A stretch of DNA of 64,000 nucleotides, taken from Bdellovibrionales bacterium (GTDB lineage Bacteria > Bdellovibrionota > Bdellovibrionia > Bdellovibrionales > JAMPXM01). Positions 9,923 to 20,141 of the stretch are shown one piece after another (within the stretch, counting starts at the first letter, position 1; each line of letters starts with the position of its first letter). The notes beneath the pieces were generated by a model. That model was not told where the DNA came from, did not search any database, and worked only from the letters and a program-made list of their open reading frames with translations. The position numbers and the translations under genes are program-made. The DNA is taken from the NCBI GenBank assembly GCA_043739185.1, contig JAYUEN010000506.1, forward strand, positions 1-64,000, given 5' to 3'.

Positions 9923-11182
9923 CTAGAAAAACAGAGACATTGCTGCCGAATACATTTCGGTGGTATTAACATTTCGACCTGAAAAAACATTTGCATAGCT
10001 CACTGTTACTTCAAGTGGCACCGGAAAACTCTTAGCTTTGTACAAGGAAATGGTGCTGAAATTCAATCCCAATTGTCCTGAAAACATGACTTGTTCGGTA
10101 TTGATCGACATCCAATCGTAATGAGTCGAATCAAACTGCGCTCCCGAATAAACATCCGCAGATTTATATTGATAAGCAAGCGCTCCACCAAGAGTAAAAA
10201 GCGGGGTGATTTTATATTTGGGACCAATTTGGCCAGAATAAATATCGCCAAGCTCAACTCGTGTTGATTGATCGACATCAGGTGAAGAGGTCATAGTTGG
10301 ATCAAAAGGAATTCTTTTTGCGCGATAAAACGGAATCTGTTTGGTAAATCCTACTGATTGAACAACTGAAAACTGACCATCAAATTGATAGCTCTGAATC
10401 GCAGCAATACCGATATCCCATGCGCCAGCGCCGGGAGCCACATCGATTAATTTATTTACGTCTGCGGTCACTCCAGTAGGCAAGACAACTTTGGGAACAA
10501 TCGCAAGCGAATAATTGTCCAATTTTACAGCCCGATATTTTGCTGCTATGGTCACGTCGCCAAGATCGGTGCGTGTTTCATTTTGAAGCGGCGAATAGCC
10601 TTTTGATGCGACGTCAGTTGCAACAACATTCATAAGTTGCTGTTGATTTTGCAAAATTCTACCGCTCTTACCGTCGGCTGAAAATTGGGCGATGGCCATA
10701 TTAAAATTTTGATTGGCGGCCCAGCCGGTCGAAACATTTAGATTAGAATAAAGTATGGGAACGACCACGGCGAGAGTTAAGTTATCAGTCACGCCGTAAG
10801 CAATTACCGGAATTGTACCAGTCACTCGTATGTCCACCACGCCGTAGGCATTACCTACGATATCACCCATGCTGTAACCTTTAGATTGAACATAGCCTTG
10901 CAAACTATTTTTTTCATAACCTGCTTTTTGGGCATTGATAAGATCACCCCACGTAACCGATTTATTAAATGGTCCCCCAACGGCGACATCATTTGACCAA
11001 CCGTTTTTCGCATCTGATACGTCGGTCGTGAAACTCGCAATGGTGACATTGCGAATTCCTCTTGGCAGGGTTTCTGTTGAGTCCATCGAGAATGGCGCAA
11101 CCAGACCGCCTGCTTGAGCCGAGGTACTGAGTAGACTTAACGCAAGGAAAATATTTCGAGCTACAGCATTGAATGCTTTCAT
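9923..11182 (-). CDS. Outer-membrane beta-barrel, putative hydrophobic-substrate transporter
   Basis: Signal peptide, DLGDVTI..KY and LPTG motifs, alternating beta-strands, C-terminal Phe; TAATG overlap with upstream gene. Confidence 0.75.
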   Translation of the reverse strand: MKAFNAVARNIFLALSLLSTSAQAGGLVAPFSMDSTETLPRGIRNVTIASFTTDVSDAKNGWSNDVAVGGPFNKSVTWGDLINAQKAGYEKNSLQGYVQSKGYSMGDIVGNAYGVVDIRVTGTIPVIAYGVTDNLTLAVVVPILYSNLNVSTGWAANQNFNMAIAQFSADGKSGRILQNQQQLMNVVATDVASKGYSPLQNETRTDLGDVTIAAKYRAVKLDNYSLAIVPKVVLPTGVTADVNKLIDVAPGAGAWDIGIAAIQSYQFDGQFSVVQSVGFTKQIPFYRAKRIPFDPTMTSSPDVDQSTRVELGDIYSGQIGPKYKITPLFTLGGALAYQYKSADVYSGAQFDSTHYDWMSINTEQVMFSGQLGLNFSTISLYKAKSFPVPLEVTVSYANVFSGRNVNTTEMYSAAMSLFF

Positions 11183-12132
11183 TAGAGCTTCCCTAAAACA
11201 TCGCGCGCTTCTTTTTGTGTTTTCAAAATATCTACCAACTCTTCTTGTTGGGGAAATATTTTTGAATCCTTCGGATCAGCCGCTACAAAAGCACTGAGCA
11301 GAGTTTTCGCTAGTGGCGACTTATTATTGGCACGAAGTACATCTGATAGATAAAGATTGTTATATCCATTGGTGCTAAAGCCCAAAGCTTTGCCTGAGGA
11401 ATCTACTGCCATAGTACTTTTAACTGCCATATCAAGAAACTTTTCAGCCTTCACTTTGTCTCCGCCCAAAAGGCCTGGGATAACGTAAAAGCCGCGACCA
11501 ACGATTCGATATCCCGCGAATGAATGCACAGATTTATAAGAAATCGGAGTTGCGCTGTCTTTTGAAATGTATGAAAGCTTACTGATGAAGTCAGTAATAT
11601 TACGAAGTTCTGGCCATCGAACCAAAGCACCGACAACATCTGTCTGACCCCATTGACCCATATTTGCAGCTTTTTGATAAAGGGCTTCTATCAAAATATC
11701 CATTTTGTCTTTATTTGAAGAAAGTTGTGAATTGAGGCTTTGAGCCAGAGCGTCTGTCAAGGTTGAGGCCTTGGTATCACCGATGCCAAAGTTTTTAAGA
11801 ACGCTGTCTGACATATCCATACCACTCAAAAAAATCTGCTTCTGAGTTGCTTTATCAGTATTATTATCACCGATAAAATAATTTGATTTGATGATGCCCA
11901 AATTAAATTGAGATACCAAATCTTGGTCAGAAGTCATTTTTGAAAGCTGGCTAAATTTGTCCATTGCAGACTGTGCATGGGCCACTCCGCCCGGAGTATA
12001 ATCCCGTTGTGCATATTCGGCATCGGCTTGAGACTTTAGTTCTTCAATGCTCAGACCCGCTGCTTTCACTGTATTCGAATAAGCACCCGCCATTACTACA
12101 AGTGTTAAAAATGCCGTAAAAATTTGATTCAC
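11182..12132 (-). CDS. Periplasmic TPR-like helical protein (TatT/BstC-like)
   Basis: GGAGG RBS, GTG start, signal peptide; GR.FY..PGLLGGD..KA..FL..A motif. Confidence 0.65.
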   Translation of the reverse strand: MNQIFTAFLTLVVMAGAYSNTVKAAGLSIEELKSQADAEYAQRDYTPGGVAHAQSAMDKFSQLSKMTSDQDLVSQFNLGIIKSNYFIGDNNTDKATQKQIFLSGMDMSDSVLKNFGIGDTKASTLTDALAQSLNSQLSSNKDKMDILIEALYQKAANMGQWGQTDVVGALVRWPELRNITDFISKLSYISKDSATPISYKSVHSFAGYRIVGRGFYVIPGLLGGDKVKAEKFLDMAVKSTMAVDSSGKALGFSTNGYNNLYLSDVLRANNKSPLAKTLLSAFVAADPKDSKIFPQQEELVDILKTQKEARDVLGKL

Positions 12133-12286
12133 AAATCCTCCGTTAAATATTTTGATATTTACAAAATCTTGAATTGGAAGATTGATTCTATCAAAATACG
12201 GCGCGGAGTTCCACGGCGAAGCCTTGCTCTAAAAATTATTCCAGAGCTGGTGACAAGTTTTGACCCTTATTTTTTCGAGGCCACAA

Positions 12287-12613
12287 TTAGCGCGAGCAAG
12301 GAACTTTATACGCGAACAAAAAATTCGCATAGCCGCTCGGCAACCCAAGAGTCGCCCCATTTACATCGCCGGCCCCACAATAATGACCTGTGGGCTGAGC
12401 TTGCTTAGCTTGAATGGTCGCAATCTCCTGTTGAATTTCGCTGATTTGAGCGCGCAGTAGCTGGTTGTCTTTTAGCAGGGCTTCGACGTTAGCAATTAAC
12501 CAAGCTTGAGTATCCGGAACTGGGCGGCTCGCAGCTAATGAAGTATGCGGCGATAGGCTGATGATAAGCGAAAGCATCCCGAGCCCAATAAATAACTTAG
12601 TTTGTCGTTTCAT
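12287..12613 (-). CDS. Small secreted coiled-coil protein
   Basis: AAGGGG RBS, signal peptide, heptad segment, two C-terminal Cys. Confidence 0.75.
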   Translation of the reverse strand: MKRQTKLFIGLGMLSLIISLSPHTSLAASRPVPDTQAWLIANVEALLKDNQLLRAQISEIQQEIATIQAKQAQPTGHYCGAGDVNGATLGLPSGYANFLFAYKVPCSR

Positions 12614-13086
12614 AAATTTTCCCCTTTTTTAAGTTTTGATAACTGATAAAGTCCTGAGGCTACTCAAAAGTAGCCCAGGCTAAACTCATACCAAGGAGGA
12701 TTGCCAGAATTGTACCAATTAAATTTGCTAAGACTTTAAGCTAAAGTGTCTGTTTGGCTCCACTTTTTTGAAGCCATTAAAGACGTGATTAATTATTTAC
12801 AAATGAAAATGCCGGGGCATTGATCCCGCAATCTCCACCACCCGCAACAACTTTGCCGGTCGCATTGACTACGAATTTTGCCCGACTGGTAGACGAGATA
12901 ACCAAGGGAGCACCTAACTTGATCCCATTGCCATCGCCCGCAGTGACGGGGCGCTTGGCTTTTTTAAAAAAAATACTAGCGGAGCATTCGAATCAAAACT
13001 TCTTTTTTGGCTTAGACCCTTTGCACTCTCAACTCGCCATACAAAACTTGACTGGAGAAATTTCAGATCTTGAAAGAGCTTCCAAC

Positions 13087-13515
13087 TCACTTTAAACCAA
13101 GCGGTTTCGACAAGAAAAATCTTTGATTGTCTTTCGGAAACTGATCTAAGACACCGAACACAGAATAATCTAATTTTTCATAAAAGCCTCGAGCTCGAAC
13201 GCTAAAGGTATCAACCCAAACGCCATGACAATCGCGTTTCACGGCCGCATTTTCGGCCGCAAGCACCAATTCGCGCCCTAAGTTTTGGCCGCGCATTTCT
13301 TCTGAAACCCATAGCAATCTTATGTAAAGCCAACCCCAATTAGTTGAAGCACCTAGGCCCGCAATGATGTCGCCGTCTTCATTTTTACAAATGATATTAA
13401 GCGCTCTTCTTTCACCCGCTAATTCAGGGCCATTGAATTCTGATATTTTGTTTTCAAGAAACTTGAGGTCCGCTGGCACATCTTGGTCATGAACTTCAAA
13501 CTTATGTTTTCTCAT
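13087..13515 (-). CDS. GNAT family N-acetyltransferase
   Basis: LYIRLLWV...RGQNLGRELV, VDTFS..A.GFYEK. Confidence 0.92.
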   Translation of the reverse strand: MRKHKFEVHDQDVPADLKFLENKISEFNGPELAGERRALNIICKNEDGDIIAGLGASTNWGWLYIRLLWVSEEMRGQNLGRELVLAAENAAVKRDCHGVWVDTFSVRARGFYEKLDYSVFGVLDQFPKDNQRFFLSKPLGLK

Positions 13516-14537
13516 TGATCAAAGGCTTCGTGAATATCCGAAAATTCACTCTTCATATTCGGATTTTTTGCCATATCCTCGTAGAGCAACTGCAGGCCTC
13601 TCGGCTCATTGCCATTTCCGTGCACTAAAATAAATGAACCTATCTTTGGAACTTCGCCTAAAGCAAGCCAAGCGTTAGCGCCTAACGGAATAAGCCCCCA
13701 CTGTCTTAAAAGCTCAACATCTTCTTGATCTGAAACTAAGCCCGGAAAGCGAAAAAATACCGATGGGACGATTCCGTGTTTCAAAAGTAAAATTTCATTT
13801 TCAAAAACTTCACTTGCAAAATTAACATCATTCTCTAATACAAAGTTGTGATTATTCGGAAGTTTGGGGTCATAAGGATGAGTGAAGGAATGATTGGCCC
13901 AAGTTATTTTAATTTCGCCATTTGCCTCCATTTTCATTAAACTATTTAAATCGTTGAGGTGAGCTTTCAGCCAAGAACCCGAAATTGAAATTACAACTGG
14001 GACTGGTTTTTTGCCACCTTGAATTTTTTTAAAAAGCTCAATATCTAATGGTTTATGAGAAGGGCAAAGATCAACCGTAAGATACATACTTTTATTATCA
14101 TTGATTTCGTGAGTCGCGCCTGCGTTTTGTAAGGCGTTGATATTTTCAATACTCACACTTGCCAAGGCATTCATATAATCTGACATCTTTGGTTTTGCGG
14201 CATCTATTGATTTTGGAGCAACTGCCTCTCGACAAAAAGACAATGACTGGGCATTAACAACTGAGGTCTCAAGGCTATCATCATCTACAACGAGTGCGAA
14301 ATTTTCATATTGCTCCCGGGCTGTTAAGCTTCTAAATTTTCTGATTTGAGTAACCGCAGTGCCATCACCCAGCTTACAGTTACGAAAGGTCGGCAGATAG
14401 CTGCTTTCTTCTAAAGAATGCAAAACCACCTTATCAGTCGAATTTTGCCCAATTGGATCGGTGTCTCCGCTCAATCCATAAAAGCAAATGAGAAGAGCAG
14501 AAAAAATTTTCAAATATTCACTGGAGCTATTTTTCAT
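13512..14537 (-). CDS. Polysaccharide deacetylase family protein
   Basis: YLTVDLCP, WANHSFTH, FFRFPG, LVHGNG NodB-like motifs; ATGA overlap with GNAT gene. Confidence 0.85.
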   Translation of the reverse strand: MKNSSSEYLKIFSALLICFYGLSGDTDPIGQNSTDKVVLHSLEESSYLPTFRNCKLGDGTAVTQIRKFRSLTAREQYENFALVVDDDSLETSVVNAQSLSFCREAVAPKSIDAAKPKMSDYMNALASVSIENINALQNAGATHEINDNKSMYLTVDLCPSHKPLDIELFKKIQGGKKPVPVVISISGSWLKAHLNDLNSLMKMEANGEIKITWANHSFTHPYDPKLPNNHNFVLENDVNFASEVFENEILLLKHGIVPSVFFRFPGLVSDQEDVELLRQWGLIPLGANAWLALGEVPKIGSFILVHGNGNEPRGLQLLYEDMAKNPNMKSEFSDIHEAFDQ

Positions 14538-14649
14538 ATATTAAAAACCAATTTTGCAAATTATCTTGTTATTTGTTCTATGAGGGCTGTGCGATAAATG
14601 TGCCAAACTCGGGGAGAATTTTAAGCGGCTTAGCAATGAACTTTGAGTC

Positions 14650-14838
14650 AATTGAGTGACCAAAATGGCTCTTGAATCGCGGGATTTGTTTCGCGGAAAC
14701 CAATCAGTGAATCCAATCAGTGAATCAAATCAGTTTTCGCGGCAGCTGCGGCGGTACTCAGTTTAACTGTTTCAGTCTTGGGGTACTGAATCCGCTGCCG
14801 TTAACCGATTCCGGATTGTCGGCCCCTGAGATTTTTCA
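14650..14838 (-). repeat. Dispersed structured intergenic repeat, copy A (includes a 13-bp tandem triplication at 14700-14734)
   Basis: Aligns by eye to 22949..23116 (about 38/51 identity in the first block; shared GCTGCCG..AAAACTGA and CC.TTTTGGTCACTC). Confidence 0.7.
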
Positions 14839-14870
14839 TATTTAATCGATTGAAGCTAACAAAAAGCACT

Positions 14871-15551
14871 TTAACGGGCGGAGATCAGCCAAATCCTAAG
14901 GCTTTCTGGATCATTTAATTGACTGACCATGAGGCGAGTTGAACCCTTTGCTTTTGGATCCGGGTCCGGAATGGCTCTACAATTCAATTTGATATTGGTT
15001 ACTCCCCAAGATATTTCGCAAACCAAAGTTATATTAGCTAAGGCTTTTGGCAATTCTTTATTGAGTCGCATTCCGCCGCTTGAAATATCAATGGTGTGAC
15101 ATTCGAAAATAATGTGCGCTGCTTTGATGACAACTCTATAGTTTCTTGCGAGCCGTGGGCCCCGTCTCTTGATTTCAAATTCTTCACTGTCGGATGTGCT
15201 TTTTGAACGCGAAAGATTCTCACCATCCATTTCAAAACTCGGAGTGCTATTTATACTTGAACTATCAGACCTAAATTTTCTGGGTTCAGACTTTTTTACC
15301 TTCGCAGTATTTTTAATCGCTTCGAGTATAGCTGTTTCTTCAGAAAAGTTGGCGACCTTTAAATCTTTGAGTTCGGCAAACTTTGTAACTGATTGCCATT
15401 TGGTTTGCCCTTCATGCCAAGCCTTCCATTGTGCCAATTGCTCAGGAAACAAACCCGAAAGTGTCGACTTCACTTCGGCCAGGTCTAGACCATCAAGCTG
15501 TGTATTCGTATGCCTATTGAAAAGGCTCCACTTGGGATTTTCTTTTTTCAT
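14871..15551 (-). CDS. PilZ domain protein (c-di-GMP receptor) with GYF_2-like N-terminus
   Basis: RRGPR (RxxxR) and DISSGG (DxSxxG); W.AWHEG..W N-terminal motif. Confidence 0.88.
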   Translation of the reverse strand: MKKENPKWSLFNRHTNTQLDGLDLAEVKSTLSGLFPEQLAQWKAWHEGQTKWQSVTKFAELKDLKVANFSEETAILEAIKNTAKVKKSEPRKFRSDSSSINSTPSFEMDGENLSRSKSTSDSEEFEIKRRGPRLARNYRVVIKAAHIIFECHTIDISSGGMRLNKELPKALANITLVCEISWGVTNIKLNCRAIPDPDPKAKGSTRLMVSQLNDPESLRIWLISAR

Positions 15552-15741
15552 CGTATCATCCAAATTCCTAACGAGAATGTTTCAATTTGAAACGCTCATC
15601 TTAAAATATTCTCTTTATATTTTAGAATTGTTGTCGAAAAGTGTCTACAAAATTTTACAAAGTTTGAGCGCTAAACATGCCAAGAAATTGGTTTAATTTA
15701 GTTGTATCGAAATGGGTCTGAGAGCTTGTTTCTAGATTCAA

Positions 15742-17400
15742 TCAATGCGTTTGGCTAGCAAAGTCGAAAAATATTTTTTTCAACCATCTCGGAAAGTTCG
15801 CTCCAATTTGATAATCGGGTAAATCGGAGGCTGCAAATTGCCAACCGAAGATCATCACCCCTTCAAATTGGGCATTGGCAATATCAAACTGACCTCTAAT
15901 AAAGTTGGCAAAAGCATTGTTAACTGCAAGTCCCGGATTGATCGAAACCTCTGAGTCGCTTGGGTACCAGCTCGCATGAGCAAATCCTTGCATCACCAGC
16001 CAGCGCTCGATGCCGGGGTTTGCCTTTCTTGCAAAGATCGCAGAGTTCGTGGTGATATTATTTAAATTATCTAGAGAAAAGGCTCCGCTGTTGCTCATAT
16101 CAAAAGTATAGGGGTCAACGGCCATCCAGCTAATTCGCGCCATGAGTGCCGCCGTACAATCTGTTAGTTTCTGATACTTGTTATTTACATTTGCTTCTGA
16201 CAATACTGAAAGATAAGCATAGGGTGAAAATACAATCCCCAGCTTGGCTTTTGGAAACACACTTTGAACTAAACTTACAATTGCGTGCGCGTCCGTACAG
16301 GCGGTATCTATTTGTGCCTCGGTGCCTACGCCTGATCCATCCGTTCGCCAGAACACCTCATCTAGAATCCAAATTCTCCTACTAAGTGTTGATAAAAGCG
16401 GGCGTTTGGCTTTTTCAGAAGCTAAAATTTGTGCGGCGTCTGGTTTCAGTGCTTTATTTAAGGTGAAGTCGCCAGGGACCATAATAAGCGATCGTCCTGC
16501 GCCTTCAATCGATGCCTCATCAGCAGTATTCATTGCTATAGAAACTGAAGTGGGAAAGTCCGCAGTATTTAGATTTGCTGCCGCAGGCAACAATTCGCCT
16601 ATGAGTCGATCTGCAACATTTTGATTACTAGGTGCTGGCGTTGGCGTTGGTGTAGGCGTCGGCGTTGGCGTTGGCGTTGGTGTAGGCGTCGGCGTTGGCG
16701 TCGGTGTCGGCGTTGGCGTCGGTGTTGGCGTCGGTGTTGGCGTCGGTGTTGGTCCTATTTGAGAAACGATAGTCCATTGAAAAGCATAAGTTAAGGAATT
16801 AAGCCCTGCTCGGTCTCTCGCTCGTACCGAAACTCGGTGAGTTCCGAGGCTCAAACCGCTAAAGTTTTGATTGCTGCTACAAATATTTTCAAGAGTTTGA
16901 TCTAACTGACAAAGGAAGGCTGATATTCCGCTTCCGGCATCTAGCCCCGATATTTTCAAATTAATTTGTGTCAATTGAGTTTGCGCGCCAACATCTGGCA
17001 CTACATTTAGAGTAGGCGGAGTTTTATCCAACATAAAAACAAAAGTCTTTTGCAGGATGCTTGAAACGGTCTTAATTTGGAGAACAATTTGATGTGGACC
17101 ATCAGACAGACCATTGATGCGAAATGGACTTTGGCAAGCCTTGAACGCAGCCTGATCTTGGCTACAAGAAATCTCATTGATGATAGCAGGATTCTTAGAA
17201 ATAACCGTGAAGCTAATATCATTTTGAGTGGTAAAGTCTTGCGGAGGATTATCAACTCTCAAAGTTACTTCTGAGTTTGAAACTACAATGCTGCTAGAGT
17301 TTGTCATTGAATTATTTAGAGCTTCAAATCCGCTGCTACATCCAAAGAGAAAAAAGCAAACGACTGAAGGTAAAGTGATTTTAAATTTGTTACTTTTCAT
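15742..17400 (-). CDS. Lipoprotein with two Ig-like domains, Pro-Thr linker and glycoside-hydrolase-like TIM-barrel C-terminus
   Basis: FLFGC lipobox; DKTPP and VRARDRAG Ig motifs; ILDEVF, WMAVDPY, WLVMQGF, GVMIFGW. Confidence 0.75.
   Translation of the reverse strand: MKSNKFKITLPSVVCFFLFGCSSGFEALNNSMTNSSSIVVSNSEVTLRVDNPPQDFTTQNDISFTVISKNPAIINEISCSQDQAAFKACQSPFRINGLSDGPHQIVLQIKTVSSILQKTFVFMLDKTPPTLNVVPDVGAQTQLTQINLKISGLDAGSGISAFLCQLDQTLENICSSNQNFSGLSLGTHRVSVRARDRAGLNSLTYAFQWTIVSQIGPTPTPTPTPTPTPTPTPTPTPTPTPTPTPTPTPTPTPTPAPSNQNVADRLIGELLPAAANLNTADFPTSVSIAMNTADEASIEGAGRSLIMVPGDFTLNKALKPDAAQILASEKAKRPLLSTLSRRIWILDEVFWRTDGSGVGTEAQIDTACTDAHAIVSLVQSVFPKAKLGIVFSPYAYLSVLSEANVNNKYQKLTDCTAALMARISWMAVDPYTFDMSNSGAFSLDNLNNITTNSAIFARKANPGIERWLVMQGFAHASWYPSDSEVSINPGLAVNNAFANFIRGQFDIANAQFEGVMIFGWQFAASDLPDYQIGANFPRWLKKIFFDFASQTH
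16637..16753 (-). repeat. Coding hexamer repeat encoding a (Pro-Thr)n linker
   Basis: GGYGTN hexamers inside CDS 15742..17400. Confidence 0.95.
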
Positions 17401-17792
17401 TTTCGAGGCTCTCTATGTTCATCTCTAAGTGTTCATATTTTTTCTGCTTAAACTGATCATAACAATTGCGCCAAAAAACCCAGATTGGATTCGAAACGGG
17501 TATCAAATTAGGGCAACAAAAGCTGACATTTTACCAAGAGTTAGACACCTAGATTTTTACACTGAATCTGACGCGCCTCTGCGTATCACAGTGATACTTC
17601 TCTAACCAAAATAGCAGCTATAACAAAATCTTTTGTTCATCTTAGGTTTTTGATCTTTTGCTCCAAATGCAGGCGACTTTTGCACAAATTGAAAGGCACT
17701 GTCACAAATTCTGTTGTCAAAGTTCGCAAAGCTAGACTAGCTTTTGGTCGTGTTTAAATGGAATTAAAATACACTTTCAAGGGGGATCTCAA

Positions 17793-18740
17793 ATGTTTTT
17801 AAAGAAAGCGCTACTCATAGCCTTAGTGACAATGGCTTCGACTGGATTCGTAAAGAGTACAGAACAAGGCATGCCGATAAATAAATTTGTTAAAGCCGAT
17901 GGACCTCACTGCAATTTCTTTCCAAGAAATAATATGAGGTTTTCAGTTAGCTTTGACGGCAACCAAATGACTGAGACCGACTTCAACAGCATTTTAGATT
18001 TGGTCGCCAATGTTTATACTCCAATTTTTAATCAGTATGGGTTTGGACTATTCCAAATCGAAAGACGTTGGACAGATGATACTGTTAACGCATTTGCAGA
18101 TATCGGCAATGCCACTGATCCTAAAACTGGTAAAACTGTACCAGCTCGATTCATTCATATGTTTGGGGGCTTAGCTCGTCACCCTCTTATGACAAAAGAG
18201 GGTTTCTTGCTTGTTGCCTGTCATGAAATCGGTCACCACCTTGGTGGATACCCAAGATACGGCGATCAAACTTGGGCCTCTGATGAAGGTGAATCTGACT
18301 ATTACTCAACTTCAAAATGTGCGCGTTTTGTTTTAGGAAAACTTCCTTCAACTCCGGGCTGGCAACAAGTTCACTTTAATGAAGTCGATCCTACGGTTAG
18401 TGCACAGTGCAATCAAAGCTGGCCAGGAAATTTGGTTCAATCAACAATGTGTATGAGATCTTCTGTTGCAGGCTTGAGCCTGGGTCGCGTTTTGGGTTCA
18501 CTTGAAGGCAATGCAAATGTTAATTTCAATACCCCCGACAAATCAGTTGTAACTCAAACTTATGACGGTCATCCAAAAGCTCAATGTCGACTTGATACTT
18601 ATTTTCAAGCGGCACTTTGCCAGAAATCTGAAACTGAGCGCATGGGTTCAGGCCCAGGACAGGGTGCTTGCGAAGCTCCAGCACGTGGCGCGCGCCCAGC
18701 CTGCTGGTACAAAGCCACCGCCGGAATTGCAAGACGCTAG
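17793..18740 (+). CDS. Secreted zinc metallopeptidase (HEXXH, M48-like)
   Basis: TVNAFA, MFGGLARH, ACHEIGHHLGG, EGESDY; Cys-rich C-terminus; GGGGG RBS. Confidence 0.88.
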   Translation: MFLKKALLIALVTMASTGFVKSTEQGMPINKFVKADGPHCNFFPRNNMRFSVSFDGNQMTETDFNSILDLVANVYTPIFNQYGFGLFQIERRWTDDTVNAFADIGNATDPKTGKTVPARFIHMFGGLARHPLMTKEGFLLVACHEIGHHLGGYPRYGDQTWASDEGESDYYSTSKCARFVLGKLPSTPGWQQVHFNEVDPTVSAQCNQSWPGNLVQSTMCMRSSVAGLSLGRVLGSLEGNANVNFNTPDKSVVTQTYDGHPKAQCRLDTYFQAALCQKSETERMGSGPGQGACEAPARGARPACWYKATAGIARR

Positions 18741-18763
18741 TAAAAATTTCTTATTGAGATTCC

Positions 18764-18794
18764 AAAAAAGCGGCGTTCACGCCGCTTTTTTTTT
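18764..18794. terminator. Bidirectional intrinsic terminator
   Basis: AAAAAAGCGGCG-TTCA-CGCCGCTTTTTTTTT between convergent genes. Confidence 0.92.
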
Positions 18795-18805
18795 AAGATA
18801 AGCCT

Positions 18806-19618
18806 TCAACGCTGTACCACTTTTAACAACTCAACTTCTGCCTCACTCAGTCGATTCTCATTCTTGAAGATTGCAAGAATGCGATAGCTATAGATTTGGG
18901 TAAAACTTAAAATATTTTTAAGCCCGCCCAGAGGAAGAAAATCTGGCACCAAACAGCTCCCGCCAACAGACTCGGCTAGCTTTTGGGCAATAGACCAACT
19001 CTCAATTTCAATTTGCGAGTCGTAAGACTTTTTTCTCTTACTCAACATTTTCAGCAAAACATGGGTTTCTGGTCGCGCTTCACTTGTAATCAGTGGTTCA
19101 ATAAATTGGCCGCGTTTTGAGCGCAGCACGAATTGCCCGTCCGCAATTTGCTTAAAATCCAATCCAAAGGTCGCTTCATCGTCAACAATGAAGCCCAAGT
19201 TTACTGTTCCTTCTGAAACCAGTTGCCGAACTTTTGAAGTGATTCCGATTCGAATTTGTGTCTGTTTTAAATTATTTTGTTTTTTAAACGCTGGAATAAT
19301 TAGGGCCTCTGCCAGCGCACCCGAACAAGCGATTTTAAGTCGACCTTCAATTCGAGAGTCGACTTTCACTGAGTTTTGAAATGACTCGACACCAATTTTA
19401 GCTCTTTGATAAAACCGCCGGCCCTCAGGAGTCAGCATCAATTCATTTTTAGAATGTGAAATGACGTCAAATCCAATAATCTCTTCAATTCGGCGAATGG
19501 CCTGACTAATGGCCGAACGTGAAATGTGATTTTTCTCGGCAGCTAGAGTTAAACTATTTAACTCGATGCTATCGATAAAATATTTAAGTGCATTGAGATT
19601 TAGATCAGCCCAATTCAT
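18806..19618 (-). CDS. LysR family transcriptional regulator
   Basis: SLTLAAEKNHISRSAISQAIRRIE HTH; LTPEG, GRLKIA. Confidence 0.92.
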   Translation of the reverse strand: MNWADLNLNALKYFIDSIELNSLTLAAEKNHISRSAISQAIRRIEEIIGFDVISHSKNELMLTPEGRRFYQRAKIGVESFQNSVKVDSRIEGRLKIACSGALAEALIIPAFKKQNNLKQTQIRIGITSKVRQLVSEGTVNLGFIVDDEATFGLDFKQIADGQFVLRSKRGQFIEPLITSEARPETHVLLKMLSKRKKSYDSQIEIESWSIAQKLAESVGGSCLVPDFLPLGGLKNILSFTQIYSYRILAIFKNENRLSEAEVELLKVVQR

Positions 19619-19706
19619 GATTAGTAAAACTTACCACTTACTTAATTATTAGTCACTTTTAATTATCCACAATTTAGTTTACACCTGCTCAAACAAAGGA
19701 GAATTT

Positions 19707-20114
19707 ATGAAGCTTACTACTTTACTTATTGGACTTTTCCTGGCTGATGCCGCTCAGGCGCAGAGATTCTATTGCCAGAGTGATTCGGATTGTGGGACCT
19801 GGGCGCACTGCTACCAAGGCGGCCAATGCATCGAGGACGAACAAAATGGCTTTATCGGCGCCAATTCTCTGCCGCTAAACAAGAATGATTTAATTCGAAA
19901 GTGTATTACCTCAGCCAAAAACTATGCCGATAAAAATCATAGCCTTTGGAATTCAAGCGCACATTATGGGGGCGTTCTTTACAACTCCTGTTATGTCCGC
20001 GTAACGAAGCTTAGGCCAGGGACGAACTCATGTAGTTACAAATACAATGTCGATATGAGTTCGTGGTCGGTTCGATATATTGAGGACATCGGATGCGGCG
20101 ATAACCATTATTAA
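19707..20114 (+). CDS. Small secreted cysteine-rich protein divergent from LysR
   Basis: AAGGAG RBS, signal ending AQA, CQSDSDC...C...C module plus 4 more Cys. Confidence 0.85.
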   Translation: MKLTTLLIGLFLADAAQAQRFYCQSDSDCGTWAHCYQGGQCIEDEQNGFIGANSLPLNKNDLIRKCITSAKNYADKNHSLWNSSAHYGGVLYNSCYVRVTKLRPGTNSCSYKYNVDMSSWSVRYIEDIGCGDNHY

Positions 20115-20141
20115 AATCCACAAAGAGCGGCAGCGGACTGA

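Noticed and set aside
12820..13095. 91-aa plus-strand ORF
   Set aside because: TTG start, weak RBS, no recognisable motif, overlaps the convergent GNAT gene; left uncalled
14700..14734. 13-bp triplication as iterons or a mini-CRISPR
   Set aside because: Head-to-tail units without spacers and no rep gene; better explained as slippage inside the dispersed repeat
14650..14838. c-di-GMP or other known riboswitch next to the PilZ gene
   Set aside because: Lacks the GEMM GG.AAA/GAAA-receptor pattern on either strand as far as I can see
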